Shown here piece after piece: positions 19,560 to 27,911 of a DNA stretch of 64,000 nt. The translations under genes were made by a program, and so were the position numbers. The stretch lies in the IMG/VR virus record IMGVR_UViG_3300035515_000158. One strand, 5' to 3'. The notes under the pieces are model-generated. The model did no database searches and was not told the origin of the DNA. It saw only the letters and a list, made by a program, of their open reading frames with translations. This stretch comes from a virus. Taxonomy: Duplodnaviria; Heunggongvirae; Uroviricota; Caudoviricetes. How positions within the stretch are numbered: position 1 is the first letter of the stretch; each line of letters starts with the position of its first letter.

Positions 19560-20417
19560 TTACGTGGTCAAGATATACCAACTTGCTGACATATCTTTTA
19601 ATTCTTGTATTATATTTTCTTTCTCTGTTGAACCCTCATTTGCGATGGCTTCTACATTAATCGAAATTCCACCGGGTAGAGAATAGTTAAATGTCCCTAA
19701 TACTCTACCTAAATTGGCCTTACAATCAGCCATTACATATCTACGAAATAAATCGTCATTATATAAATCACAATCAGGTACTCTAACTAAAATATCTAAC
19801 ACGACATCACTCTTAGGTAATTCTCCTAAAAATCTTAAATTATTGGTCAAACGATTATAGTTAAATGAAATCATGTTCTGGAATAACTGTCTTGACATAT
19901 CCAAAAATGATTCAGTACATATATAATACATAGTGTTATCTGCGGATACTGCGACATTACGGTCATATACGGATTGATATAACATTCTGTGTAATGATAT
20001 ATCACCACTCGTCTTTCCTAATAATCCTGAATTCCAACCAGCTTCTCCTGAAAATCCTCCAATCTCATATACACCTACAACAGATATAACACCTTCCGGT
20101 AATTTATATGTACCTCTACGGTCTTTCAAAACTACCTTATCACCTTCTTCTGTCATCTTATCTATTCCCTTAGTGAACTTATTACTTAAAATTTCTTCTT
20201 TGGGTAATACTATGAACATTTCTTCGGTGGCATCTTCATAGGACTTATAAAACATTGTTCGAGCATTCTTAGTTAACTGAGCGATAGTTTCAACAGGAAT
20301 GGTAAAGGGGATTGAACCGTTTACACTCATTTCTTGTTGAATACTCTCTGTGAAATCATTAAGACATTCAACGGCTTCCGCATCTGTACAATCAACTAAA
20401 CTACTAACTTTAGACAT
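19560..20417 (-). CDS. neck protein, T4 gp13-like
   Basis: C-terminal NLGRVLGTFNYSLPGGISIN...E matches gp13; lies downstream of terminase. Confidence 0.72.
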   Translation of the reverse strand: MSKVSSLVDCTDAEAVECLNDFTESIQQEMSVNGSIPFTIPVETIAQLTKNARTMFYKSYEDATEEMFIVLPKEEILSNKFTKGIDKMTEEGDKVVLKDRRGTYKLPEGVISVVGVYEIGGFSGEAGWNSGLLGKTSGDISLHRMLYQSVYDRNVAVSADNTMYYICTESFLDMSRQLFQNMISFNYNRLTNNLRFLGELPKSDVVLDILVRVPDCDLYNDDLFRRYVMADCKANLGRVLGTFNYSLPGGISINVEAIANEGSTEKENIIQELKDMSASWYILTT

Positions 20418-20420
20418 AGT

Positions 20421-21563
20421 TTACATCTCATTTATATAGTTATTTATGATTTCAATACATATATTTAAGTCATCAGAGAAGATTTCAAGATAGTTTAATT
20501 TATTTTTGTGAGCTATATTTCTTTTGGTCACATCTCTCATTGTCCAAGTCTTAATAGCCTCTTGATAAAATTTACTATCTTTCAATTTCCATGACTCAAC
20601 TATTATATTGTCATTTTCATCATCTTCATTATAAGGGTGTCCTCCATGTGTCCAATGTCCCTGAATTTCAATATATAAATCATAATCAGTTAAATAAAAG
20701 TCACAACAGAATGGATAAACATCAGATTTATATTGTATTCTGAAATTAATCTTATTATCTATTAGCCAATTACTTAAATCAACTTCTATTTTTGAACTGT
20801 TAAATGTATGGTTTTTCTTCTTTGTATTGTAAACTTTCATTTTACATTCATCAGTTTGAACATAATATCCACCATATTTCATTAACTGAGTATTTTCGAT
20901 ACGTGACTTAAATTCATCAGTTTTAGAATAATGTTCAACTCCATATTTTGAGATGTTACTTTGAATGTACTTTTCATGATTGCGGTATAAAATGTCACCA
21001 TATTTCTCCAACATGGTTTCAAGGTATTTGTCCATCACTATCTTAGACTCAAAACCAATTCCACCATATTTATTTATCATGGTTTCTTGTTGTTTTAACT
21101 TATTGTTGTAGTTTTTATCACCATGTATAAGTAAATTGGTTTGTTTCTGTTTCTTAATCTTATCGAGTTTTACGTCATCACTTTTGTTATTAAATGTCTG
21201 GGCTGATTTTATTGACCTTATTGAACAGTAATTTTCACCATATCTGTCAATATTGGTTTGTTTGTTTTTCTCTTTTACAACATCATCTTTACCAGCACAT
21301 TTACAACTACAATAAGTTAAATAACCAATATTAAGATTTCTATATTTACATTGACCTCCACATATTTTACATTTTCCCAGTGACCATTTTTCAATATCAT
21401 CATTAAGGTAGTGATATAATTTCTGACTGAATGTTATTATAGTATCACGATAAGTTATTTCAGAAATTAATAGATATGTTTGTGGAAATTTCTTCTTAAA
21501 TATATTTTCACAGATATATCTTTTATGGTTTAACAAGAAATCTTTTATCTCTGATTTTGTCAT
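20421..21563 (-). CDS. free-standing homing-type endonuclease (Zn-binding N-terminus, repeats, Vsr/PD-(D/E)xK-like C-terminus)
   Basis: CKICGG..C, CSCKC; KxKQTN..RYG repeats; CDFYL...IEIQGHWTHG; sits between terminase and neck genes. Confidence 0.75.
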   Translation of the reverse strand: MTKSEIKDFLLNHKRYICENIFKKKFPQTYLLISEITYRDTIITFSQKLYHYLNDDIEKWSLGKCKICGGQCKYRNLNIGYLTYCSCKCAGKDDVVKEKNKQTNIDRYGENYCSIRSIKSAQTFNNKSDDVKLDKIKKQKQTNLLIHGDKNYNNKLKQQETMINKYGGIGFESKIVMDKYLETMLEKYGDILYRNHEKYIQSNISKYGVEHYSKTDEFKSRIENTQLMKYGGYYVQTDECKMKVYNTKKKNHTFNSSKIEVDLSNWLIDNKINFRIQYKSDVYPFCCDFYLTDYDLYIEIQGHWTHGGHPYNEDDENDNIIVESWKLKDSKFYQEAIKTWTMRDVTKRNIAHKNKLNYLEIFSDDLNICIEIINNYINEM

Positions 21564-23425
21564 GAATAAAGTCCAGTCTTTCCGAAGAAACCCTCATAAG
21601 ACCTTTCGTTTCGGTAGTCTATTTCTTGGTCACTTAGAGTTGTATAGTTGTCATAGAGATTTCCATATTGTTCATCCATCTCAGCTTCATATTTTTGTTG
21701 TAGTTTCTCACTCATGATTTCTTCCATCATCACTTCAAAATAAGAATGGTCAAAAACCGCAGTTAAATCTACCACAGACATCGCTAAGTCATCATGGTTA
21801 CGACTGGCCTTCCAACTATTTCCAACCTTACTAAACACCTCAAATTCACTTACTGTATCATCATCTGTCACTACTATACTATCATCAGCAATTAGACCTT
21901 TAAGATTGATACACATTACAGGTTTATTGTCAGACCTTACTTTCAGACCATATTTAGGTTTCTGAGCATCCATTGAGTGTTTGAATTTAAGGATTGTCGC
22001 CATGTCATATACGTTCTTATCATCAAACACACATTGTAATAATCTCATAAATTCACCACCAAAGGCATTATATTCACATACTATTCTAATATTGTCCGGT
22101 CCGATTACGTCAGTTACAAGTATATAAACTAACTTGGCTAATAATTCAAGACAAATGGTATTACTTCTAAATCTACCTACTTGACATAATTGAAAATAGT
22201 CAGTTTTTTTCTTTTCTCTTTCACTATTTAGCATCTCATCAATTATCTCATCAGGTTTCTCTTGTAGTCTAAATATGTTTAATACAGAATAGTCACCACC
22301 TCCACCTTCTGCCAAGTCAACAGACATAATCCACCGTTTAGTTTCATCCTTAAATTCATCTATATCAAAATCAGGGTGGAATAACAAGTTCATAAATTCA
22401 TCATCCCAATTTTTTTCAAGTGCAATTATCTCTTTGTGTTTATATCTAATTCTATGTTTTTGTAACTTAGCTAATGAATCAGGTGACAACAATGTATTAC
22501 CAGTTGACAAGAATGAATTACCAAACTGTCTCATGAACTCATCTTCACCCCCACAGTCACCAATCATTTTCTCTCTCCATTTCTCATCTCTACCCGGAAC
22601 TTGCCACCAATCCACTCTAATGGGATGATATGAATTTGTTCCATCAACTGCACCCTGATATATGTCAAAGAATTTATTATAACCATTTGGAGTTGAGGTT
22701 ATTATAATTTTTGAATCTTCCATTGAGGATACAGTTGGCATAATGTTCTCATAAAATTCATTGAGTACATTAGGTTCAACATGGGCAAACTCATCAAGAT
22801 AAAGGGTTGATAAAGAATAACCAATGAATGATTTCTTTGTTGTTGCTTGAGCTATAATTCTACAACCATTGTTAAACACCATCATGGATTGATTATTTAC
22901 CTTTACTCCGGGTTTCATGAAGAAAGGTAGGTAACTCATCATTTCCTTTATCTTATCCATGATTTCAACAGCCGTAGTGAACTTATTGGCCGCGATACCT
23001 ATATTCTTATCATAGTTAAAGATGGCATTGTGTAGTAAGAAAACACCGGCGATTACAGTCTTACCAATTTGACGACTTGATAGAGTAATATTAAATCTGT
23101 TGTTTTGATAAGCTTCCAACATTTCCTCTTGATAATCTCTAAGAGTAAGTGGTTGGTATCCTCTACTACCATGTAAACAGTAACAATAATTATTAGCGAA
23201 GTAAACTATATCTTTGGCACATCTTGTTAATTCTGTTATTTCTTCATTGGTATAATCAAAGACAATACTGGGGTTTCTCACACCAATAATACCATCCAAC
23301 CAAGGAGAGTCTTTATGTGAAACACCCTCTGAATAATCTTTCATCCAATCATCAACACGTTTAGAAGTCCATACGATATTTTTCGTAGTTCTTTTACTTG
23401 TGTCTGTTGTTTTTTTAACTGCCAT
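21560..23425 (-). CDS. terL: terminase large subunit, T4 gp17-like
   Basis: LRDYQ, SRQIGKT (Walker A), YLDEFAH (Walker B), TSTPNG, VDLAEG and HDDLAMS nuclease motifs; late motif at 23447. Confidence 0.95.
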   Translation of the reverse strand: MAVKKTTDTSKRTTKNIVWTSKRVDDWMKDYSEGVSHKDSPWLDGIIGVRNPSIVFDYTNEEITELTRCAKDIVYFANNYCYCLHGSRGYQPLTLRDYQEEMLEAYQNNRFNITLSSRQIGKTVIAGVFLLHNAIFNYDKNIGIAANKFTTAVEIMDKIKEMMSYLPFFMKPGVKVNNQSMMVFNNGCRIIAQATTKKSFIGYSLSTLYLDEFAHVEPNVLNEFYENIMPTVSSMEDSKIIITSTPNGYNKFFDIYQGAVDGTNSYHPIRVDWWQVPGRDEKWREKMIGDCGGEDEFMRQFGNSFLSTGNTLLSPDSLAKLQKHRIRYKHKEIIALEKNWDDEFMNLLFHPDFDIDEFKDETKRWIMSVDLAEGGGGDYSVLNIFRLQEKPDEIIDEMLNSEREKKKTDYFQLCQVGRFRSNTICLELLAKLVYILVTDVIGPDNIRIVCEYNAFGGEFMRLLQCVFDDKNVYDMATILKFKHSMDAQKPKYGLKVRSDNKPVMCINLKGLIADDSIVVTDDDTVSEFEVFSKVGNSWKASRNHDDLAMSVVDLTAVFDHSYFEVMMEEIMSEKLQQKYEAEMDEQYGNLYDNYTTLSDQEIDYRNERSYEGFFGKTGLYS

Positions 23426-23542
23426 GTAATAAACATCTTATATAGATATTTATGACATATGACAAAAAAAGACCGATCATCACTGACCAGTCTTAAACGA
23501 TATACTTTATTAATAATTTATTTTTTATATGAAAAAAGAAAT

Positions 23543-23983
23543 TTAATCTTCTTTAGAATCTGAAATAGAAGCATTCCCCCACATGATAATAATGAATGTG
23601 GATTCTGTGGGGATACTGAAGTCTTTGTTGTCTCCAGTGATTTTATTTGTGATGACAGTATCTTTGTCAAGCACAACAAGGGTGTAACCGAGTTTGTTTT
23701 GGAAACGTTCGATAATTTCAGGGATAAATTCTTTGATGTCCTTATCCACCTCAATCATGCAACAGTAAGAACCATCCATTGACTTAGCTGAGATTAAGTT
23801 ATTGACATCTGTGAAGAACTTTTTTAACAGTTCGATTTGGGTGGTATCTTGACCATATTTAGACCGCATATAAGCAGACTTAGCAGTGATACCTTTTGAA
23901 CTGTTAATCATCATTTGTGGATTCTGGTCTTTTTGTTTAATACCCAGAATTTCTTTGAATTTTTCGACCATTGTTTTGAACAT
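23543..23983 (-). CDS. early hypothetical protein
   Basis: Directly downstream of class I promoter copy 3. Confidence 0.7.
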   Translation of the reverse strand: MFKTMVEKFKEILGIKQKDQNPQMMINSSKGITAKSAYMRSKYGQDTTQIELLKKFFTDVNNLISAKSMDGSYCCMIEVDKDIKEFIPEIIERFQNKLGYTLVVLDKDTVITNKITGDNKDFSIPTESTFIIIMWGNASISDSKED

Positions 23984-23994
23984 TTAGTTTTTAA

Positions 23995-24034
23995 TTACAA
24001 TACAAAGTTACAAGAAAAATTTGAAACTACCAAA
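23995..24034 (-). promoter_or_regulatory. Bacteroidota sigma70-type promoter, copy 3
   Basis: TTTG-N20-TAACTTTG. Confidence 0.8.
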
Positions 24035-24047
24035 TGTTTAACAGAAT

Positions 24048-25697
24048 TTAACCATTAGAAATATCCAACCTCGAAAATCCATCAGGTTTAGAGGTTTTAT
24101 ATATCTTATCAAATACTATACCTTCCAACTGAGCATGGTGAATCAAGAATATATTGAGGTTCATTTCTTCACATAGACCTTTCAATAGTTCAATCATATC
24201 CGATACACCTGAAATGTCGATGTTAGAAAATAGTTCATCAATAAAAAGAAGATTTAATTCACCCAACTGCATCTTCAAAAACTTAATAATAGAGATGATA
24301 CAAGCGAAGTCAATTCTTTTCTTTTCACCTGTACTTAGTGTGGAATAATTAACTCGATAACCTCCGGTGGTAATTGTACTATTGAAATTGTCATCAAACT
24401 CGATAGAATAGTTTAGTTCCATATAGTTAATGACATCTGATATGATTTTATTAATGATGGGTGTATATTGAGAAGTGATATATTTTTTAATACCATCTTC
24501 ACCAAATAAAACCAACATTGTATCAAGTACCTTTTTTTCTTTTATAAGGTTATCATGTTCATCATTAAGTTTAGTCAAGTTCTCATCCATCTCAGATTTC
24601 AACTTTTTAAGAGGTTCTACATTGCTATCTTTGATTGATGATTTGTATTTAAGATTTGATTTAAGTTCAACCAAATTAGATGTTGACATTTCATTTTTCG
24701 TCTTTCGTTCACGTTTGTCAAGAGCATCTAACTTTTTCTTCACATCTAACAAAATCTTCTTAATTCCTTCTTGTCCACTCACACATTCTTCACGTTCAGT
24801 AAGTAGATTTACCCTTTCTTGTTTGAAGTCATCAGTTTCAAGAGAAGAACCACAAGTAGGACATTTACCAGAATCAATCAGTGCAATTTTTTTGTCAATG
24901 TCTTTTATTCGGTGAGCATATTCTTGATATTCACTTGATTTTTCATAAGTTGATGTTTGTAAATCATTTTTAAGTGATTGAATTTTCTGGATGATTTCAT
25001 TGTTTTTTTCATTCACAGTTTCAATCTCTTTAATCTTCTGTTTTAATTCATCTAACTCATTTTGGGATACTTCATTTTCACTTATCTCATTAATTTGTCT
25101 GACATAATTCGCAATGTAATTAGTAGATGTTTGTATAGAACCTTCATTACTACTAATATCTGTTGTCAAATCCTTTAAGTCCTCTTTGATACATTTGGTC
25201 AATTTATTATACAAAGTGAAACCAAATATCTTGTCAATAATGTTACGTTTATCAACAGCGGACAAATCAACCAAAGATCTAAAATCATCAATAGATAAGA
25301 CCAATGAATTAATGAACACACTATAAGGAATTTTGAAATAAATGTCTTCCAACATGGCTTGAACATTATTCTTACCAGCAGTGTCAACAGATTCACCATC
25401 TATTTTGACAGCAAAGATAGCAGGAGCAAGACCACGTTCAATTATTACTTCATGTCCATCACAGTCAACAGTAATTTTGGAGTAGAAATTCTTGTTTATT
25501 CGATTTGGAATTTCTGAGTTTTTAAAGTTTTCTATTTTACCATATAAGGAATAAGTGATGACCTCTGAAATTGAAGTCTTACCTGTTCCATTATTTCCCA
25601 ACACTAAATTGAGAGAAGAATTATCATCAAAGTTTATTTCTGTAGGTATATTTGAAAACGACTTAAAATTTCTCCAAACAATATTTTTTAACTTCAT
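24048..25697 (-). CDS. SMC-like recombination ATPase, T4 gp46/SbcC/Rad50 family
   Basis: GNNGTGKT, CPTCG zinc hook, LSTGEKKR signature, LLFIDE, IHH. Confidence 0.93.
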   Translation of the reverse strand: MKLKNIVWRNFKSFSNIPTEINFDDNSSLNLVLGNNGTGKTSISEVITYSLYGKIENFKNSEIPNRINKNFYSKITVDCDGHEVIIERGLAPAIFAVKIDGESVDTAGKNNVQAMLEDIYFKIPYSVFINSLVLSIDDFRSLVDLSAVDKRNIIDKIFGFTLYNKLTKCIKEDLKDLTTDISSNEGSIQTSTNYIANYVRQINEISENEVSQNELDELKQKIKEIETVNEKNNEIIQKIQSLKNDLQTSTYEKSSEYQEYAHRIKDIDKKIALIDSGKCPTCGSSLETDDFKQERVNLLTEREECVSGQEGIKKILLDVKKKLDALDKRERKTKNEMSTSNLVELKSNLKYKSSIKDSNVEPLKKLKSEMDENLTKLNDEHDNLIKEKKVLDTMLVLFGEDGIKKYITSQYTPIINKIISDVINYMELNYSIEFDDNFNSTITTGGYRVNYSTLSTGEKKRIDFACIISIIKFLKMQLGELNLLFIDELFSNIDISGVSDMIELLKGLCEEMNLNIFLIHHAQLEGIVFDKIYKTSKPDGFSRLDISNG

Positions 25698-25699
25698 AA

Positions 25700-26107
25700 T
25701 TAAAATCTAATAATCACATCGTCTACATTATCAAAAATTTCAATCTTTTGTGGATATAATTCTTGATATGATTTGACTTGTTTAGTAATGTAATCAGGCA
25801 TTTTATCAGAGAGAAAAACTACAAAATCAAGGTTCTGTAAAGCCGACAGTATGATTTGTTCCTGTAATTCTGTATATCCGGTTGTGTCGAATAACATTAA
25901 ACCATCAAATACACTTCCATTAAACAAAACATTGTCTTCCTTAAACCAACGGAAGGTTTCAGATGCATAGTCAACAACTAAAAAACCTTCGTTTCTTAGG
26001 TCAGTCTTTACTTCTTTTACTGGAATATTGTTTTCACTACAATAATCTTCAGTCCTTTGAACAAGAGTTTTTACATCTTCTGGATTGCCACATAAAGCTA
26101 TTCTCAT
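25700..26107 (-). CDS. hypothetical protein, degenerate P-loop/NMP-kinase-like fold
   Basis: MRIALCG start without a canonical GKT. Confidence 0.55.
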   Translation of the reverse strand: MRIALCGNPEDVKTLVQRTEDYCSENNIPVKEVKTDLRNEGFLVVDYASETFRWFKEDNVLFNGSVFDGLMLFDTTGYTELQEQIILSALQNLDFVVFLSDKMPDYITKQVKSYQELYPQKIEIFDNVDDVIIRF

Positions 26108-26199
26108 AACAATATAAATTTTCTATTATATATTAAAAATAACAAATGTCCAGTGGGAATCACCAGACATTTGTCAAAAAAGTTGTAAAAAATATGATA

Positions 26200-26311
26200 T
26201 TAATCTTGTTTCGTTTCTTTTAACTTTTTCTTTATTGAATTGAGTTGTTTCTTAAAGTCTTCAAATGGGATAGCTTTCCACTTTTTGAGAACCTTCTTGG
26301 AACCATCGTAT
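26200..26311 (-). pseudogene. 3' fragment of the gene interrupted by the TnpB element
   Basis: Reads YDGSKKVLKKWKAIPFEDFKKQLNSIKKKLKETKQD-TAA; in frame with the 27629-27870 fragment when the element is removed. Confidence 0.65.
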
Positions 26312-26460
26312 ATTAAAATCTGAACAAAATTAAACTTGTTCACTTTTAACTTCTTGTTTCAACCTACCACTACTTTTTAGGGGAATCACTTCCTTGTCAT
26401 CCATAGTTGGGTAGTCCACAAGCGTGAATTCGGTTGTACAGCAACCTATTATTCTTTGAC
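26292..26460 (-). ncRNA. predicted omegaRNA (scaffold overlapping tnpB 3' end plus flank-derived guide)
   Basis: Inferred from known TnpB architecture; boundaries approximate; guide would start near ATACGATGGTTCCAAGAAGG. Confidence 0.5.
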
Positions 26461-27571
26461 CTTCTTCTAAGATATTCAATGATGCATTATAGTCACGTTC
26501 TATAATAGAACCACAGTCTGGACAAATCCATTGTCTATCACTTAGTTTAAGTGACTTGTTTATATAACCACAATGATTACATCTTTTAGATGAAGGATAA
26601 AATCTATCAACGAAAACTAATCGTCTGTTATACCATATACTTTTATACTCTAATATTCTTCTAAACTCACTAAAGTTTAGTTCAGATATTGAATCAGAAA
26701 GTTTATGATTTTTAATCATTCCTTTTACATTTAAGTCCTCCATACAAATGACTTGGTTTTCATCAATCAATGAATTACTTACTTTATGTAAATAGTTTGA
26801 TTTACGATCAGTTATGGTTTTATATACTTTTGCAAGTTTCTTTCTTGCTTTGTTTCTGTTGTTAGAACCTTTAACTTTCTTAGAAAGTTGTCTTTGAAGT
26901 TTCTTTATCTTCTTATACTCAGATTTCTTAAAGTGTAGGTTTTCAAAAACCTCACCCTCTGAGGTGATAACGAAGTCTTTGACTCCAAGGTCAATACCAA
27001 CCATATTGTTTGTATCTTTAACTTTATGAATTAAACAACCATCAACTAAGATTGATAGGTAATATTCACCACATGGTAGTTTACTTAAAGTCGCAGACTT
27101 TATATTAGGTTTGTTATCCTGAAGGTATTTTGAGTATAACTTACTACATTTAAATTTGATATTCTTAATATTAGCAAGTGACAACTTATAAGATATGTAG
27201 TTATTTCTTCTTGAAATAGCTTCTACCGGAAATCTACAAGACAACTTATTATCATGTTTTGATTTAAATTTTGGATAGTCAGTATGTTGAGTAAAGAACC
27301 GTTTATAAGAATCTAACATATCCATTATAGATTGTTTAAGAACCTTAGTATTTTGTTCTTTCAACCAAATAAAGTCTGGATTATTAATCAAATCATGATG
27401 AAACCACTTACTAAGTGAAGTCCTATTTTCAGATTTCTTTTCTGTTTTATAAGATTCAATTTTACGAGCAAGACATTGATTATAAACAACACGACAACAT
27501 CCAAGAAGTTTATTGATTTGAACCTCTTGAGTCTTATTTGGGTATAATCTTATTTTAACTGCTCTGTACAT
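26330..27571 (-). CDS. tnpB: TnpB RNA-guided endonuclease
   Basis: KIRLYPN HTH start, GIDLG (RuvC-I D), MEDLN (RuvC-II E), CNHCG..CPDCG zinc finger, RDYNASLNI (RuvC-III D). Confidence 0.95.
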   Translation of the reverse strand: MYRAVKIRLYPNKTQEVQINKLLGCCRVVYNQCLARKIESYKTEKKSENRTSLSKWFHHDLINNPDFIWLKEQNTKVLKQSIMDMLDSYKRFFTQHTDYPKFKSKHDNKLSCRFPVEAISRRNNYISYKLSLANIKNIKFKCSKLYSKYLQDNKPNIKSATLSKLPCGEYYLSILVDGCLIHKVKDTNNMVGIDLGVKDFVITSEGEVFENLHFKKSEYKKIKKLQRQLSKKVKGSNNRNKARKKLAKVYKTITDRKSNYLHKVSNSLIDENQVICMEDLNVKGMIKNHKLSDSISELNFSEFRRILEYKSIWYNRRLVFVDRFYPSSKRCNHCGYINKSLKLSDRQWICPDCGSIIERDYNASLNILEEGQRIIGCCTTEFTLVDYPTMDDKEVIPLKSSGRLKQEVKSEQV

Positions 27572-27590
27572 CTATAAACTAAATATATAA

Positions 27591-27598
27591 TATTTATG
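27591..27598 (-). promoter_or_regulatory. phage late promoter motif inside the element left end
   Basis: CATAAATA 19 nt upstream of the tnpB ATG, similar spacing to structural genes. Confidence 0.65.
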
Positions 27599-27628
27599 AT
27601 AACATTTATAATAATGTTCAAAATTTTA

Positions 27629-27870
27629 ATCAACTATTGATAACCAGAACGATTACCTTTTTCATCTTCCATAACAAATCCATCATAGTCTACGGTATGA
27701 GTATGTGTTTCACTCTACCAACTTTGATCCATTGCTTCACATAAAGATGAGAAAAAGTATTTATAATCATAAGAATCTGGATTCAGTTTAGTAAGTACCT
27801 TTTCTACCTTTTCAAAATTACTATAATTAAATTCAAAGTAGAATTTAATTTTTTCGTCTGTTGTTTTCAT
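27629..27870 (-). pseudogene. 5' fragment of interrupted gene, with two in-frame TAG codons
   Basis: MKTTDEKIKF...DQSW*SETHTHTVDYDGFVMEDEKGNRSGYQ*LI; TAG at 27715-27717 and 27634-27636. Confidence 0.65.
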
Positions 27871-27911
27871 ATTACAATTTGATTAATGTTAGAAGTTGTT
27901 TAATGACAAGA

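Larger units (their letters stand above)
26312..27628 (-). mobile_element. non-autonomous TnpB-only IS200/IS605-superfamily element (about 1317 bp)
   Basis: TTGAT immediately 5' of the left end; subterminal hairpins AACATT-N6-AATGTT (left) and GAACAA-N8-TTGTTC (right); no TnpA; removal restores a reading frame. Confidence 0.75.

Noticed and set aside
24048-26107. Adjacent gp47/Mre11 partner for gp46
   Set aside because: The neighbouring 135-aa ORF lacks phosphoesterase motifs; the three metallophosphoesterases elsewhere are short and unlinked
26312-27628. IStron (group I intron plus TnpB)
   Set aside because: Only about 57 bp lie between the left junction and the tnpB start, too little for a ribozyme core
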